From: a bacterium
Lineage (GTDB): Bacteria > JAJVIF01 > JAGGVT01
Direction of reading: 5' to 3'
DNA: 60,348 nt
Assembly: GCA_021157815.1 (NCBI GenBank)
Contig: JAGGVT010000059.1
Span: 1-60,348 of the forward strand
The position numbers and the translations under genes were made by a program. The notes under the pieces were generated by a model. It was given only the letters and a program-made list of their open reading frames with translations. It had not been told where the DNA came from and did no database searches. Numbering within the stretch: the stretch's first letter is position 1; the number at the start of each line of letters is the position of its first letter. This document shows, in pieces, positions 10,201 through 17,376 of the stretch.

Positions 10201-10259
10201 AATAGGCAATAGAATCCCATACCCCTGGAATGATGGAGTGAGTGATTAACCAAGTTCAT
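7224..10259 (-). CDS. Giant lipoprotein: shared N-terminal ~330-aa module, central beta-sandwich region, ~8 SBBP beta-propeller repeat units
   Basis: 1011 aa. gggagga SD before the ATG. Lipobox ILTGC. Repeated GxxFxTGxFxGxxDFDPGxG...DAFLxK units. N-terminal module is colinear with ORFs 14087-16639 and 40853-43771. Confidence 0.8.
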   Translation of the reverse strand: MNLVNHSLHHSRGMGFYCLLRRGLRDIVFGLLFLIILTGCSSSKSPIISGINQTDLTDSLPIIALESFRDTFTATGILGAYDLVINPDTKSGELIPKRTSMIGESFIVSGTSFFTITPCQDCLKLKNLDYDDPYIKATFYASHPFEKGNLSEPPSPKNRLDLDIFDLALVVFPLEDEPTEPHLIDIDIYSESCGYPDGYTRELSEVIGNEFACPYFLVVDNSDTGIATFNRFEMGTKDHTFDAWFAGGRFELYLTFGYGASTTFENRLAPTYFNPEFNRKAPWKVNVIPPAQGWPPYDETETRDVIVEVYDWQIGATVDPNLDDPSDIYSQSDIVGVGVEINMMTNELQIVTAPTGSHTGMPDDPLIFTVPIANENFLPGGYYQGYVKVLDSRVPPQAPFDGQTDSIIDVPDGVTLDFYSMPEFATYQIFTAEVWSNDPPFADLDVSDYFIDSGMPIQMWPGPATDDPDGSIVLYEYDFAYYGHYFTPDASNTTGAPVTSPPFENHEFGQITQQVAMRVTDDGYPPKSTIGAETITIYPLSSDRWARTWGGISRERGMNITNDTNGNIFVCGTFNADVDFDPGPGESIRSSNGRDDAFLSKFNSNGDFEWAVSWGGGHIDSANGVECDDSGNIYITGDFNRICDFDPGPGWEIRDPIWGEDVYVLKLDPNGNFIWVNNFGGDDIIRDVWCLSNDIALDSNNNVFIIGKFRGLTDFDPWGEGDIRYAHGGLWDDDVFVSKFSESGEFLGVITIGSDNCDKGNSITVDNENCFYATGRFLGDIDLDPDPVFEDWHAPEYGYTIFLLKCDQFGNYLWGHSWGGSEGGSISEDIETSELGFVSVTGHLRGDVDLDPGPGVDFKPAIYDDHPETFLSTFDYNGNYLWGHRISGNWTNYGKGISISSNGSIFITGYFTGEVDFDPGTGTDLFSTNPLFEFHRNCFLVKFDRGGSYLGTRIWGSENDDVTYGEKVSVSQLDDVYVTGWFSGTVDFDPSSYWHDYHTSNSGVDAFLNKL

Positions 10260-10379
10260 AGCTTCCTCCCACCATTTTCGTATTCGGAAACAAACTGTTA
10301 TCGCTGAAACTGATTTAAACTATCCAATCTACTAACATTATACACGAAAATCCGTTGTTAGTACAATTTTGCATAGGAT

Positions 10380-10548
10380 AAAGGGGACAGAGACCTTTTA
10401 GATTAACCATGAATACTGGCTTTGGGATGTGTATAAACGCAAAATAAAAACACCGGCTTCGCGAGTCGGTGTTGTTATTTTTCGTGCTGTATTTTTCCGC
10501 CTGTATCCCCTACTTGATGATGTTTACCAGGTTGAAGATAGGCAGGTA
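10380..10548. repeat. Direct repeat DR-R (~169 bp), overlapping the genuine pilC 3' end and its terminator
   Basis: Partner of 87-252, see that entry. Confidence 0.85.
10441..10471 (-). terminator. Rho-independent terminator of pilC
   Basis: Hairpin caccggcttcgcgagtcggtg (10451-10471). An A-run on the plus strand gives a U-run after the stem on the minus strand. Confidence 0.7.
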
Positions 10549-11733
10549 GAGGCTGATTACGATTGTACCGATGATTGCACCGATGACGATAATCAGCAGC
10601 GGCTCGATAAGGCTTGCAAGGCCGCGGATTGTGGAGTCGATTTCGACATCGTAGAAGTCCGACAGTTTCTCGAGCATCTCCTCGAGATTTCCCGCCTCCT
10701 CGCCGACGGATATCAGGTTGGTGACCATTGGGGGGAACATTTTCGTTCGTTTCATGGGAGCGGAAATTGTTTCACCCTCGCGAATTCTCTCACGTGTGTA
10801 ATCGATTGCGTTCGCGATTACGACATTATGCGAGGTGTCGCGGGTAACCTCAAGCGCCTCAATAAGAGGCACACCGGATTTCTGAAGCGTTCCAAGCGTG
10901 CGGCAAAATCGCGTAATCGCTACTTTTCTGGAAAGCGGGCCGAAGATGGGTATGTATAGAACCGGAAGGTCGAAAACCTTGTGTCCCCATTTGGTGCCGC
11001 GGAATTTCCAAAATGCGACAAACACAATCGCTGGAATAACCGTGTAGTAATACCAGTGATACCTGAATTCCTCCGAGATTTTAAGCATCTTTTGAGTTAG
11101 CTCGGGAAGTTCAGCCTCGCCGCCGGAGAAGTCCTTGTAGAATTCAGCGAACTGCGGAATGATGTACATGAACATGAACAGGATAATTACAATTGAGATT
11201 ATTAAGACCAGTGACGGATAAACCATCGCGGATTTAATCTTGGTTCTCAGATCAAGCTCGTTTTCATAGAACGATGCGACTCGTTCGAGGATGCCATCCA
11301 GAACACCACCGATCTCGCCGGCGTGAACCATAGCGACAAAGAAATTTGAAAACGCGCTGGGGTGTTTTTTCATCGCGCGAGCGAGAGGAATACCGGACTG
11401 GACATCCATTCTGACAACGTGAAGGATTTTCTGGTATTTACGGTTTGCTGTCTGTTCCTCCACTGTATCAAGTGTCTCAGCAAGTGTCAGGCCAGCGTTA
11501 ATCAGAAGCGCCATCTGGCGTGATGAAACTGCCAGCAGTTTCAATCCGACCTTTGTGAATTTGTCAATGATATCCCACGGATTCCATGCGAAAGCCCGTC
11601 TTTCGGATATCTTGACTACATAAAAGCCTTCCTTGGTTAGGGTTTGCACAACCGAGTGCTGCGTATCAGCCTGAACGGTGTTTTTAATCATGTTGCCAGA
11701 CTGGTCGCGGGCGATATATACGTAGGTTTTCAT
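10510..11733 (-). CDS. pilC: Type IV pilus / type II secretion inner-membrane platform protein (GspF/PilC family)
   Basis: 407 aa with two GspF-type repeats (LLINAGLTL..L, ..SVGEEAGNLEEML) and three hydrophobic segments. Confidence 0.85.
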   Translation of the reverse strand: MKTYVYIARDQSGNMIKNTVQADTQHSVVQTLTKEGFYVVKISERRAFAWNPWDIIDKFTKVGLKLLAVSSRQMALLINAGLTLAETLDTVEEQTANRKYQKILHVVRMDVQSGIPLARAMKKHPSAFSNFFVAMVHAGEIGGVLDGILERVASFYENELDLRTKIKSAMVYPSLVLIISIVIILFMFMYIIPQFAEFYKDFSGGEAELPELTQKMLKISEEFRYHWYYYTVIPAIVFVAFWKFRGTKWGHKVFDLPVLYIPIFGPLSRKVAITRFCRTLGTLQKSGVPLIEALEVTRDTSHNVVIANAIDYTRERIREGETISAPMKRTKMFPPMVTNLISVGEEAGNLEEMLEKLSDFYDVEIDSTIRGLASLIEPLLIIVIGAIIGTIVISLYLPIFNLVNIIK

Positions 11734-12091
11734 CCTATCACCAATAAATTTATGAATGATAAATCAAATAAATGACATACTTTACCCATTCCTCCACTCA
11801 GATTATACATCAATTAAGCCTTGATGCAAACTCCTGTCCTTCAATTTAAGAAAGATAGTGTCTGATTGCCCTTTAGAATATCGGAAGAAATCGCGGGTTA
11901 TAGATAGTTTTAGGCTGTTGAAAAGAGATTTGAAATACTTAGTATAGATGCTTTCATACAGTGGATAAATATATTTACCGGAGTCAGACTCCTTGATAAT
12001 GGTGTTGTCAAGGTGGCTTGCATTGGAGCATTAAACCTATGCAACTAACACTTGTTGTATTTTTAATATGATACATATTTTATATTATCCA

Positions 12092-12191
12092 GAAAATAGG
12101 GACAGTTACCTGTTTTATGTCGCCGATAAACACTGGCAACTGAATTTGGCTTAACCATGCGGGTTATAAAACAGGTAACTGTCCCTATTTT
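12092..12191. repeat. Palindromic MITE-like element, family D (complete copy)
   Basis: 26-bp inverted repeats gaaaatagggacagttacctgtttta / taaaacaggtaactgtccctattttc. Interior gccgataaacactggc..ttaaccatg is shared with copies at 87-140, 10380-10425 and 13860-13927. Confidence 0.75.
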
Positions 12192-12472
12192 CCCTCGCGT
12201 TAATTATCCCCACCGCCGGATGGTTTTCGTTTTTGTATCTTTTCACATCAAAGGGTTCTGAGAAATTGTCATCAAAAAATTTTCACAAGGTGATTAATCT
12301 GGTATGCGGAATCGTGCTGATTGGGTTCGGAGTTTGGTTTCTAGTTAAAGAAACAGGGACAGCAGCTATCTGAAATAAAAAAAAGCAAAAAAAGGTTTCA
12401 ATTTGCGAATAATCAGTATATCATATTAGCTTACTTTTTATATGTCGATAGATTTAGGATGAGAAAGACGAT

Positions 12473-12772
12473 ATGAACATCTATGTAGGCAACCTTTCGT
12501 TTGATTACTCCGACGAAGAACTCAACGACCTCTTTGCAACTCATGGGGAAATTGAATCCGCAAGGATTATTACTGATCGAGACTCCGGACGTTCCAAGGG
12601 ATTTGGATTTGTTGAGATGCCCGATCGTGACCAGGCAATGGCAGCGATTGAAGCGATTAACGGAACTGAAGTTGGCGGAAGAGCAATTACTGTCAATGAA
12701 GCCCGACCCAAACCCGATCGCGGAGATCGTCGAGGCGGAAGAGGCGGCGGCGGCGGACGCGGCCGTTATTAA
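12473..12772 (+). CDS. RRM-type RNA-binding protein with Gly/Arg-rich tail
   Basis: RNP-2 IYVGNL and RNP-1 KGFGFVEM motifs; C-terminal RGGRGGGGGRGRY. Confidence 0.9.
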   Translation: MNIYVGNLSFDYSDEELNDLFATHGEIESARIITDRDSGRSKGFGFVEMPDRDQAMAAIEAINGTEVGGRAITVNEARPKPDRGDRRGGRGGGGGRGRY

Positions 12773-12877
12773 TTCTCCCGAATAATCCATTTTGTGTTCA
12801 GGATTATGGCTGGTCGAAACCGGTGTGTCGGTGTATGTGTAATGAATATGCATTGCACGAACAGGAGATGAACTCAC

Positions 12878-12910
12878 AAAGCAGAGGGTTTTAACCCTCT
12901 GCTTTTTTTA
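12878..12910 (+). terminator. Rho-independent terminator (gcagagggtt/aaccctctgc hairpin family)
   Basis: 10-bp stem followed by a T7 run. The same hairpin recurs at 13948-13980 and 60155-60182. Confidence 0.75.
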
Positions 12911-13332
12911 TTTATATTTATAATTCAATCTTCAATTTTTCCTCACACTTTTCTGAATCTTTCACACGTTACGATGTTTTATCTAGTGAAAAATTCTTTT
13001 TCCAAACGTTTTTCATATTTAGCTGTCTAACTTACTGTAATAACACATTTATATAAAATTTATACTATATTTTTTAATCGTAAGAAGAACCCAAAATAAA
13101 AAAATCATACTTTGGATTGTCGGCATTATTATTATCATTGGAGTCATTGTCTGGATAGCAACACCTCAACTCTTGAATTCGAAAAGATCATGCAGCAACA
13201 TTATTTCCGGTAGTTCTGATTCAGCAGGTTCATACGGATATGGTGGCAGCCCTCCCCCATCCAGTGTTCAAAAGCATGGCTATGTGAATCAAAGCGACGG
13301 AAATATCGCTCGATAACAGGAAACCCGCGAAT

Positions 13333-13845
13333 ATGGTTTTCGTTGTTGATGTCTCAGTCTCCATGCGTATAGAAGACAGGCTTGAGCAGGTGAAAATCAG
13401 TTTGAGAAAACTGGCAGAGAATCTCAAGGAGGATGACACAGTCGATGCGGGTGAGGTCGGCGCGGGTCAGAGTGTAACCGCGCTTTATGAGATCAGAATC
13501 AAGGACGACGCGATTCGCAAGCCGTCCGATAAAATCGCGACGGTTAGAATCAGGTACAAGAATGTCGATACAGATCAAATCGAAACCAATGAGAAAAACG
13601 TATATGCAAAAGACATGAATCGTAAATTCGAGAAAGAATCGCCGACGTTTAGATTCACGGCGTCTGTCGCTGAGTTCGCTGAGATACTCAAAAAGAGTTA
13701 CTGGGCAAAGGAAAGCAATCTGGCAGAAGTGAACAAAGTTGCAAAAAGCGCTGTCGCTGATATGAAGGGCGACAATACAAATCTGGATGATTTCACCGAT
13801 TTTATCGAACTGGTCAACAAGGCGATTAAGGTTGAGGATAAGTAA
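13333..13845 (+). pseudogene. Degenerate vWA/YfbK-like gene: the vWA domain is almost entirely deleted, DUF3520-like C-terminus retained
   Basis: VFVVDVSVSM (MIDAS start) runs after ~35 aa straight into DAGEVGAGQSVTALYEI, which normally lies >200 aa downstream. A TM-containing N-terminal piece (about 13077-13315) is in another frame. Confidence 0.55.
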
Positions 13846-13859
13846 AAATTGATATTATT

Positions 13860-13927
13860 GGATGGACACCTGTTTCGTAATGCCGATAAACTCTGGCTTT
13901 CAAAAAGGTGTCCGTCCCCTTTATTTC
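13860..13927. repeat. Family D palindromic element
   Basis: ggatggacacctg...gccgataaactctggc...aaaaaggtgtccgtcccctttatttc; ggacacct/aggtgtcc arms. Confidence 0.65.
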
Positions 13928-13947
13928 ACCGGCGTGGGTGTATAGGA

Positions 13948-13980
13948 ATAGCAGAGGGTTAAAACCCTCTGCTATTTTTA
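13948..13980. terminator. Hairpin terminator (gcagagggtt family)
   Basis: atagcagagggtt aaaa ccctctgctat followed by a T-run. Confidence 0.6.
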
Positions 13981-14086
13981 ATCGTGTCCTAAAGGTTATA
14001 TACCTGAAGGTTAAGTGCATGTTTATTAAAAGACAATGGGCTGAAGCCCATTGCTTTCCGGCAAGGGTGCCGAAGCTCCCGGCTTA

Positions 14087-16639
14087 TCAAAACAGAATGA
14101 ACACGGTAACTCGCGGTGTTGTGCCGTCTAAATGCGTTACGTGAACCGTGAAACTTGTGTTGCCGATGTCGAGATGCTTAGGGTCGCCTGAAATGCTGCC
14201 ATCTGATGCGCCGTCCAATGTTTGTATTATCTGGCCCGTAACTGTATCGATGAATTCGATTGTTTTGTTATCGGTCAGGCATACGGCGATTGGCGCGGTT
14301 TGCTCAATGCCATTGATGATTCTGGTATAAGTGTCATCATACGGAAGGATTTCCATGTCAATTACACTGCCCGAATAGATAGGAATACCGCCGATTGTGG
14401 GATTCCCGTCCGGGTCTGCGCCATCAAGGCCAACAAGCAGGCTGTCATATCCCCATGCGGCGAGTGTGTCCGCGCCGGAGAAAGCGTAATAGACATAACC
14501 GGTGTCTGTTCTGTCCACGCCCTTGATATCATTGGATGGAATTCCTGATAATGAAACAGAGAAGAGAGGATCAGCAGTAGGCGGGTCAGCCGGATCAATG
14601 GGATAATCGAAATCCGTTCCAAAATAGAGAGTGTCATAAAGGCCGTTGCCCATGTTGGTGTATTTCGTTGTTTCCCAAACACAGCCAATGTTATTGTCGA
14701 AATCCTCCCAAATGTCGATTGGCAGCGGATCTTCCTCCTCATACTCGCTGACAGCGGGTCTCTGGTCATCATCGGAATCTGTCATCAGATACATGGCAAA
14801 TAAATCAAGCGGGTAGATTGTATCGTACGGCGGCTCAGGCGGCGGTATTACACAGTATGACAAAAAGAAAATATTACCCGCCGGCAGTACTGGCAGATCG
14901 GGATGAAAGGGCCAGAATGTTTCGTTGGCGTCAAGATAACCAACTCCGGTAACACCCTTCTCGCTGGCGTCAAGACGTCGAATCGCCATCGCCGTGTCAG
15001 GATGCGGATGATCTCCCGTATTGTCAATGGGAAGCCGTCCGGGAGCGTGGAATACAGCATCAGAATAATCGAATTTGTATCTGGTGATTTGGTTGTACGC
15101 ATCCGGCATGTAAACACCGGCAATGTTTATGTTGTCGTTCTCCACAACAGCGAGATCAAGTTCAACTGAATCGGATGTCGGCTGTGTGATATCGGTAACG
15201 AGGTCAAGATTCGTCCTGTGCGGGTCAGCCTGGAAAACGCCCTCAAGACCCGGTATTTCAATTTCGAATGTTTGATATGTCGCGAAATCCCTTATGTCGG
15301 ATGTTTGCGAATCCTGATCTACACCAAACGGCGGTGTTGTGCCGTCGAGAAGAGCACAGATTTCATCGCGCACGCAAACCAAGCCGTAGTAATCACCGGG
15401 ATTCGCGGATAACTCGTTTGTAAAATCAATAATCCATGTGTAGGGGTCGGAATCGCTGCCGGCACCCGTGGAGTGCGACAGATTTTGATCTATTGCGTCA
15501 GCCAGAATTCCGGGGATGTCGAAAACGAGACTTCCCACATCTGATGCGTGGCGGATATCATCGAAAGCCGCATCCTCGCTGAAATCACCGCTGGGAGTAA
15601 CTCCAGCCTGCCAGTCGCAGGCGGTTATTTGAAACTGCGCGGTGGATGCTGAATCGTAGGGCGCGAGATTGTTGTCGAGCAGTTCAACCTCAAGTTTCCA
15701 TACTTCCTTGCGGTTAAACTCGGGGACAAAAAATTTGGGACTGTCGCGCGATCCCGGTTCACCTGGGTTGTCATAGGTGTTTCGGAAAGTCGCGGCGTGG
15801 CCGTAGGAGCAATCGAGAATGAAAATGAAACTGATTGTCGTATCGAGTCCGCCGTTAATGACATAAAGCTGCGACGCTCCGGGGTCAGTGAATTTCGTTC
15901 CCTGAGCGAATACGTTATGTCCTCTCGGCTGATTTACATTGTTCACACCGTTAGGATGAGCGGGATTAAAATTTCCCTGAGTCGGGTCAACGAAAAACAG
16001 TTTGTATGGATTAAGATTTCCCGGAATGTCCAAACCGAGAAAACTTTCTGTTACAAGATCGAAGAAAGTTGTGTAGCCATCCGCGTTGAGAAGGAAATTT
16101 ATATCAGCCGCGGCTGGTGTGTCAACAGTGCCGTCCGAATCCATGTCAGCGAGAATGTTGTAGAAAACAGTAAGGTCGGGAGTTTTATTTACCAGAATGC
16201 CCCTGACATCAAAGACAGGCAAATCGAGACGGTCACCCGCATTATCAAACGGATGCATAGCCTCGAATTCAACCTCAAGATTCGCATCCTCATCAATACG
16301 GATATCCCCTATTCTCAGGCAGTTACCACACGGGATGCCATCCAGGAAATATGTTATGTCAACCTGGAAGGAATCTCCGATTGTGCCAGCCTGGCGTAAA
16401 GGCGTGAAATGATATTCAAGAGTATCAGTGTTGATTACACCCTCAAACGCACTGATAATCGCGTTTCCTGTGATGCCTGATGAATCGTGCGGAAACAGCG
16501 CCTGTGAAAGGCTGTAGTCAACATCAGTCCGATTGGATGCACCAGTTGATTCGGGGGGAGCAATCGGGTTGGTGCTGGATGAACATCCAGCTAAAAGAAT
16601 AACAAGTCCCAGTATTAGTAGTATTAAGGGTCTGCGCAT
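14087..16639 (-). CDS. Giant lipoprotein of the same N-terminal-module family, with an uncharacterised C-terminal region
   Basis: 850 aa. Lipobox LLAGC. CGNCL, HPF, RLDLPVFD and PEFNRKEVWK motifs are colinear with 7224-10259. TGA stop is followed directly by TAA. Confidence 0.8.
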   Translation of the reverse strand: MRRPLILLILGLVILLAGCSSSTNPIAPPESTGASNRTDVDYSLSQALFPHDSSGITGNAIISAFEGVINTDTLEYHFTPLRQAGTIGDSFQVDITYFLDGIPCGNCLRIGDIRIDEDANLEVEFEAMHPFDNAGDRLDLPVFDVRGILVNKTPDLTVFYNILADMDSDGTVDTPAAADINFLLNADGYTTFFDLVTESFLGLDIPGNLNPYKLFFVDPTQGNFNPAHPNGVNNVNQPRGHNVFAQGTKFTDPGASQLYVINGGLDTTISFIFILDCSYGHAATFRNTYDNPGEPGSRDSPKFFVPEFNRKEVWKLEVELLDNNLAPYDSASTAQFQITACDWQAGVTPSGDFSEDAAFDDIRHASDVGSLVFDIPGILADAIDQNLSHSTGAGSDSDPYTWIIDFTNELSANPGDYYGLVCVRDEICALLDGTTPPFGVDQDSQTSDIRDFATYQTFEIEIPGLEGVFQADPHRTNLDLVTDITQPTSDSVELDLAVVENDNINIAGVYMPDAYNQITRYKFDYSDAVFHAPGRLPIDNTGDHPHPDTAMAIRRLDASEKGVTGVGYLDANETFWPFHPDLPVLPAGNIFFLSYCVIPPPEPPYDTIYPLDLFAMYLMTDSDDDQRPAVSEYEEEDPLPIDIWEDFDNNIGCVWETTKYTNMGNGLYDTLYFGTDFDYPIDPADPPTADPLFSVSLSGIPSNDIKGVDRTDTGYVYYAFSGADTLAAWGYDSLLVGLDGADPDGNPTIGGIPIYSGSVIDMEILPYDDTYTRIINGIEQTAPIAVCLTDNKTIEFIDTVTGQIIQTLDGASDGSISGDPKHLDIGNTSFTVHVTHLDGTTPRVTVFILF

Positions 16640-16786
16640 AATAATCTCCTTGGTATGATTTGTTAATACATTAAGTCCCAGTCGATTTATCGGATTTAAT
16701 TGTATCAGATTAATGCGATTAAATGAAGAAATGGCTGTGTTGTAGTGCAGGAAGGATTGGTCTGTTGAAAAAGGGGTGTTTCCACC

Positions 16787-16963
16787 GTAACCCGGTCATG
16801 CCGTCCCGAACTAAAGAAACAATTATCTATAAGGTGAATCAGGCATGCCGGGGTATCGCATAAATAGCCACATCCCCGGCACATCGGCAGGCTCAGTACA
16901 GGCATGCCTGATTTACATTATAGAAAATTGTCAACTGCGCACGGGACGGCATGACCGGGTTAC
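16787..16963. repeat. Palindromic MITE-like element, family K (177 bp)
   Basis: 22-bp inverted repeats gtaacccggtcatgccgtcccg / cgggacggcatgaccgggttac. Inner palindrome aatcaggcatgcc..ggcatgcctgatt. A half copy lies at 57580-57670. Confidence 0.75.
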
Positions 16964-17047
16964 GGTTCATCATCTTTTTTTCTGCCTTTTTCAACAGCCC
17001 CAGGATCTCGACTTTCGACATTTTATGATGCCGAAATACTATTAAAC

Positions 17048-17150
17048 CGGGTTCCGCCCATACAGCCGTCCCGGTTTTATGGGTGTTTACCGCGAAGTTA
17101 CGCATTTCACCCACAAATCACAAAAAGACGTGATGTGTGGGCGGCACCCG
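17048..17150 (+). repeat. Family G element (~103 bp)
   Basis: Termini gggttccgcccataca / tgtgtgggcggcaccc with inner hairpin cacaaatcac-aaaaagac-gtgatgtgtg. Other copies at 30393-30496 (full), 20590-20660 and 34067-34116 (partial). Confidence 0.75.
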
Positions 17151-17316
17151 AGGTTTATAAATTCGGTTTCTTGTTGTTTTACTACACTCAAGTAAAAACA
17201 TAGTCGAATTTAAAGTCGCTTCTTTTACACTGGACACATCATATTCCCTTGAGCCACAAAAAACAGAAAATATGAAAATGTCAAAAATCGAGAGAATGCC
17301 CGCACCACAGATTTAG

Positions 17317-17347
17317 AAAAGAAAAAGCGGGACTCGAACGTCCCGCT
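17317..17347 (-). terminator. Rho-independent terminator of ORF 17377-19815
   Basis: Hairpin agcgggac-tcgaac-gtcccgct, with a U-run on the minus strand. Confidence 0.7.
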
Positions 17348-17376
17348 GTGTTTATCGTTAAAAGCTATTAATGAGG

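Noticed and set aside
12431-12877. ORFs 12431-12877 (-) and 12501-12785 (+) overlapping the RRM gene
   Set aside because: The RRM frame carries canonical RNP-1/RNP-2 motifs; the others are shadow frames.
17326-17347. tRNA-like T-arm sequence gggactcgaacgtccc
   Set aside because: There is no acceptor stem, D-arm or anticodon arm around it. It is a simple hairpin followed by a U-run on the minus strand, serving as terminator of ORF 17377-19815.
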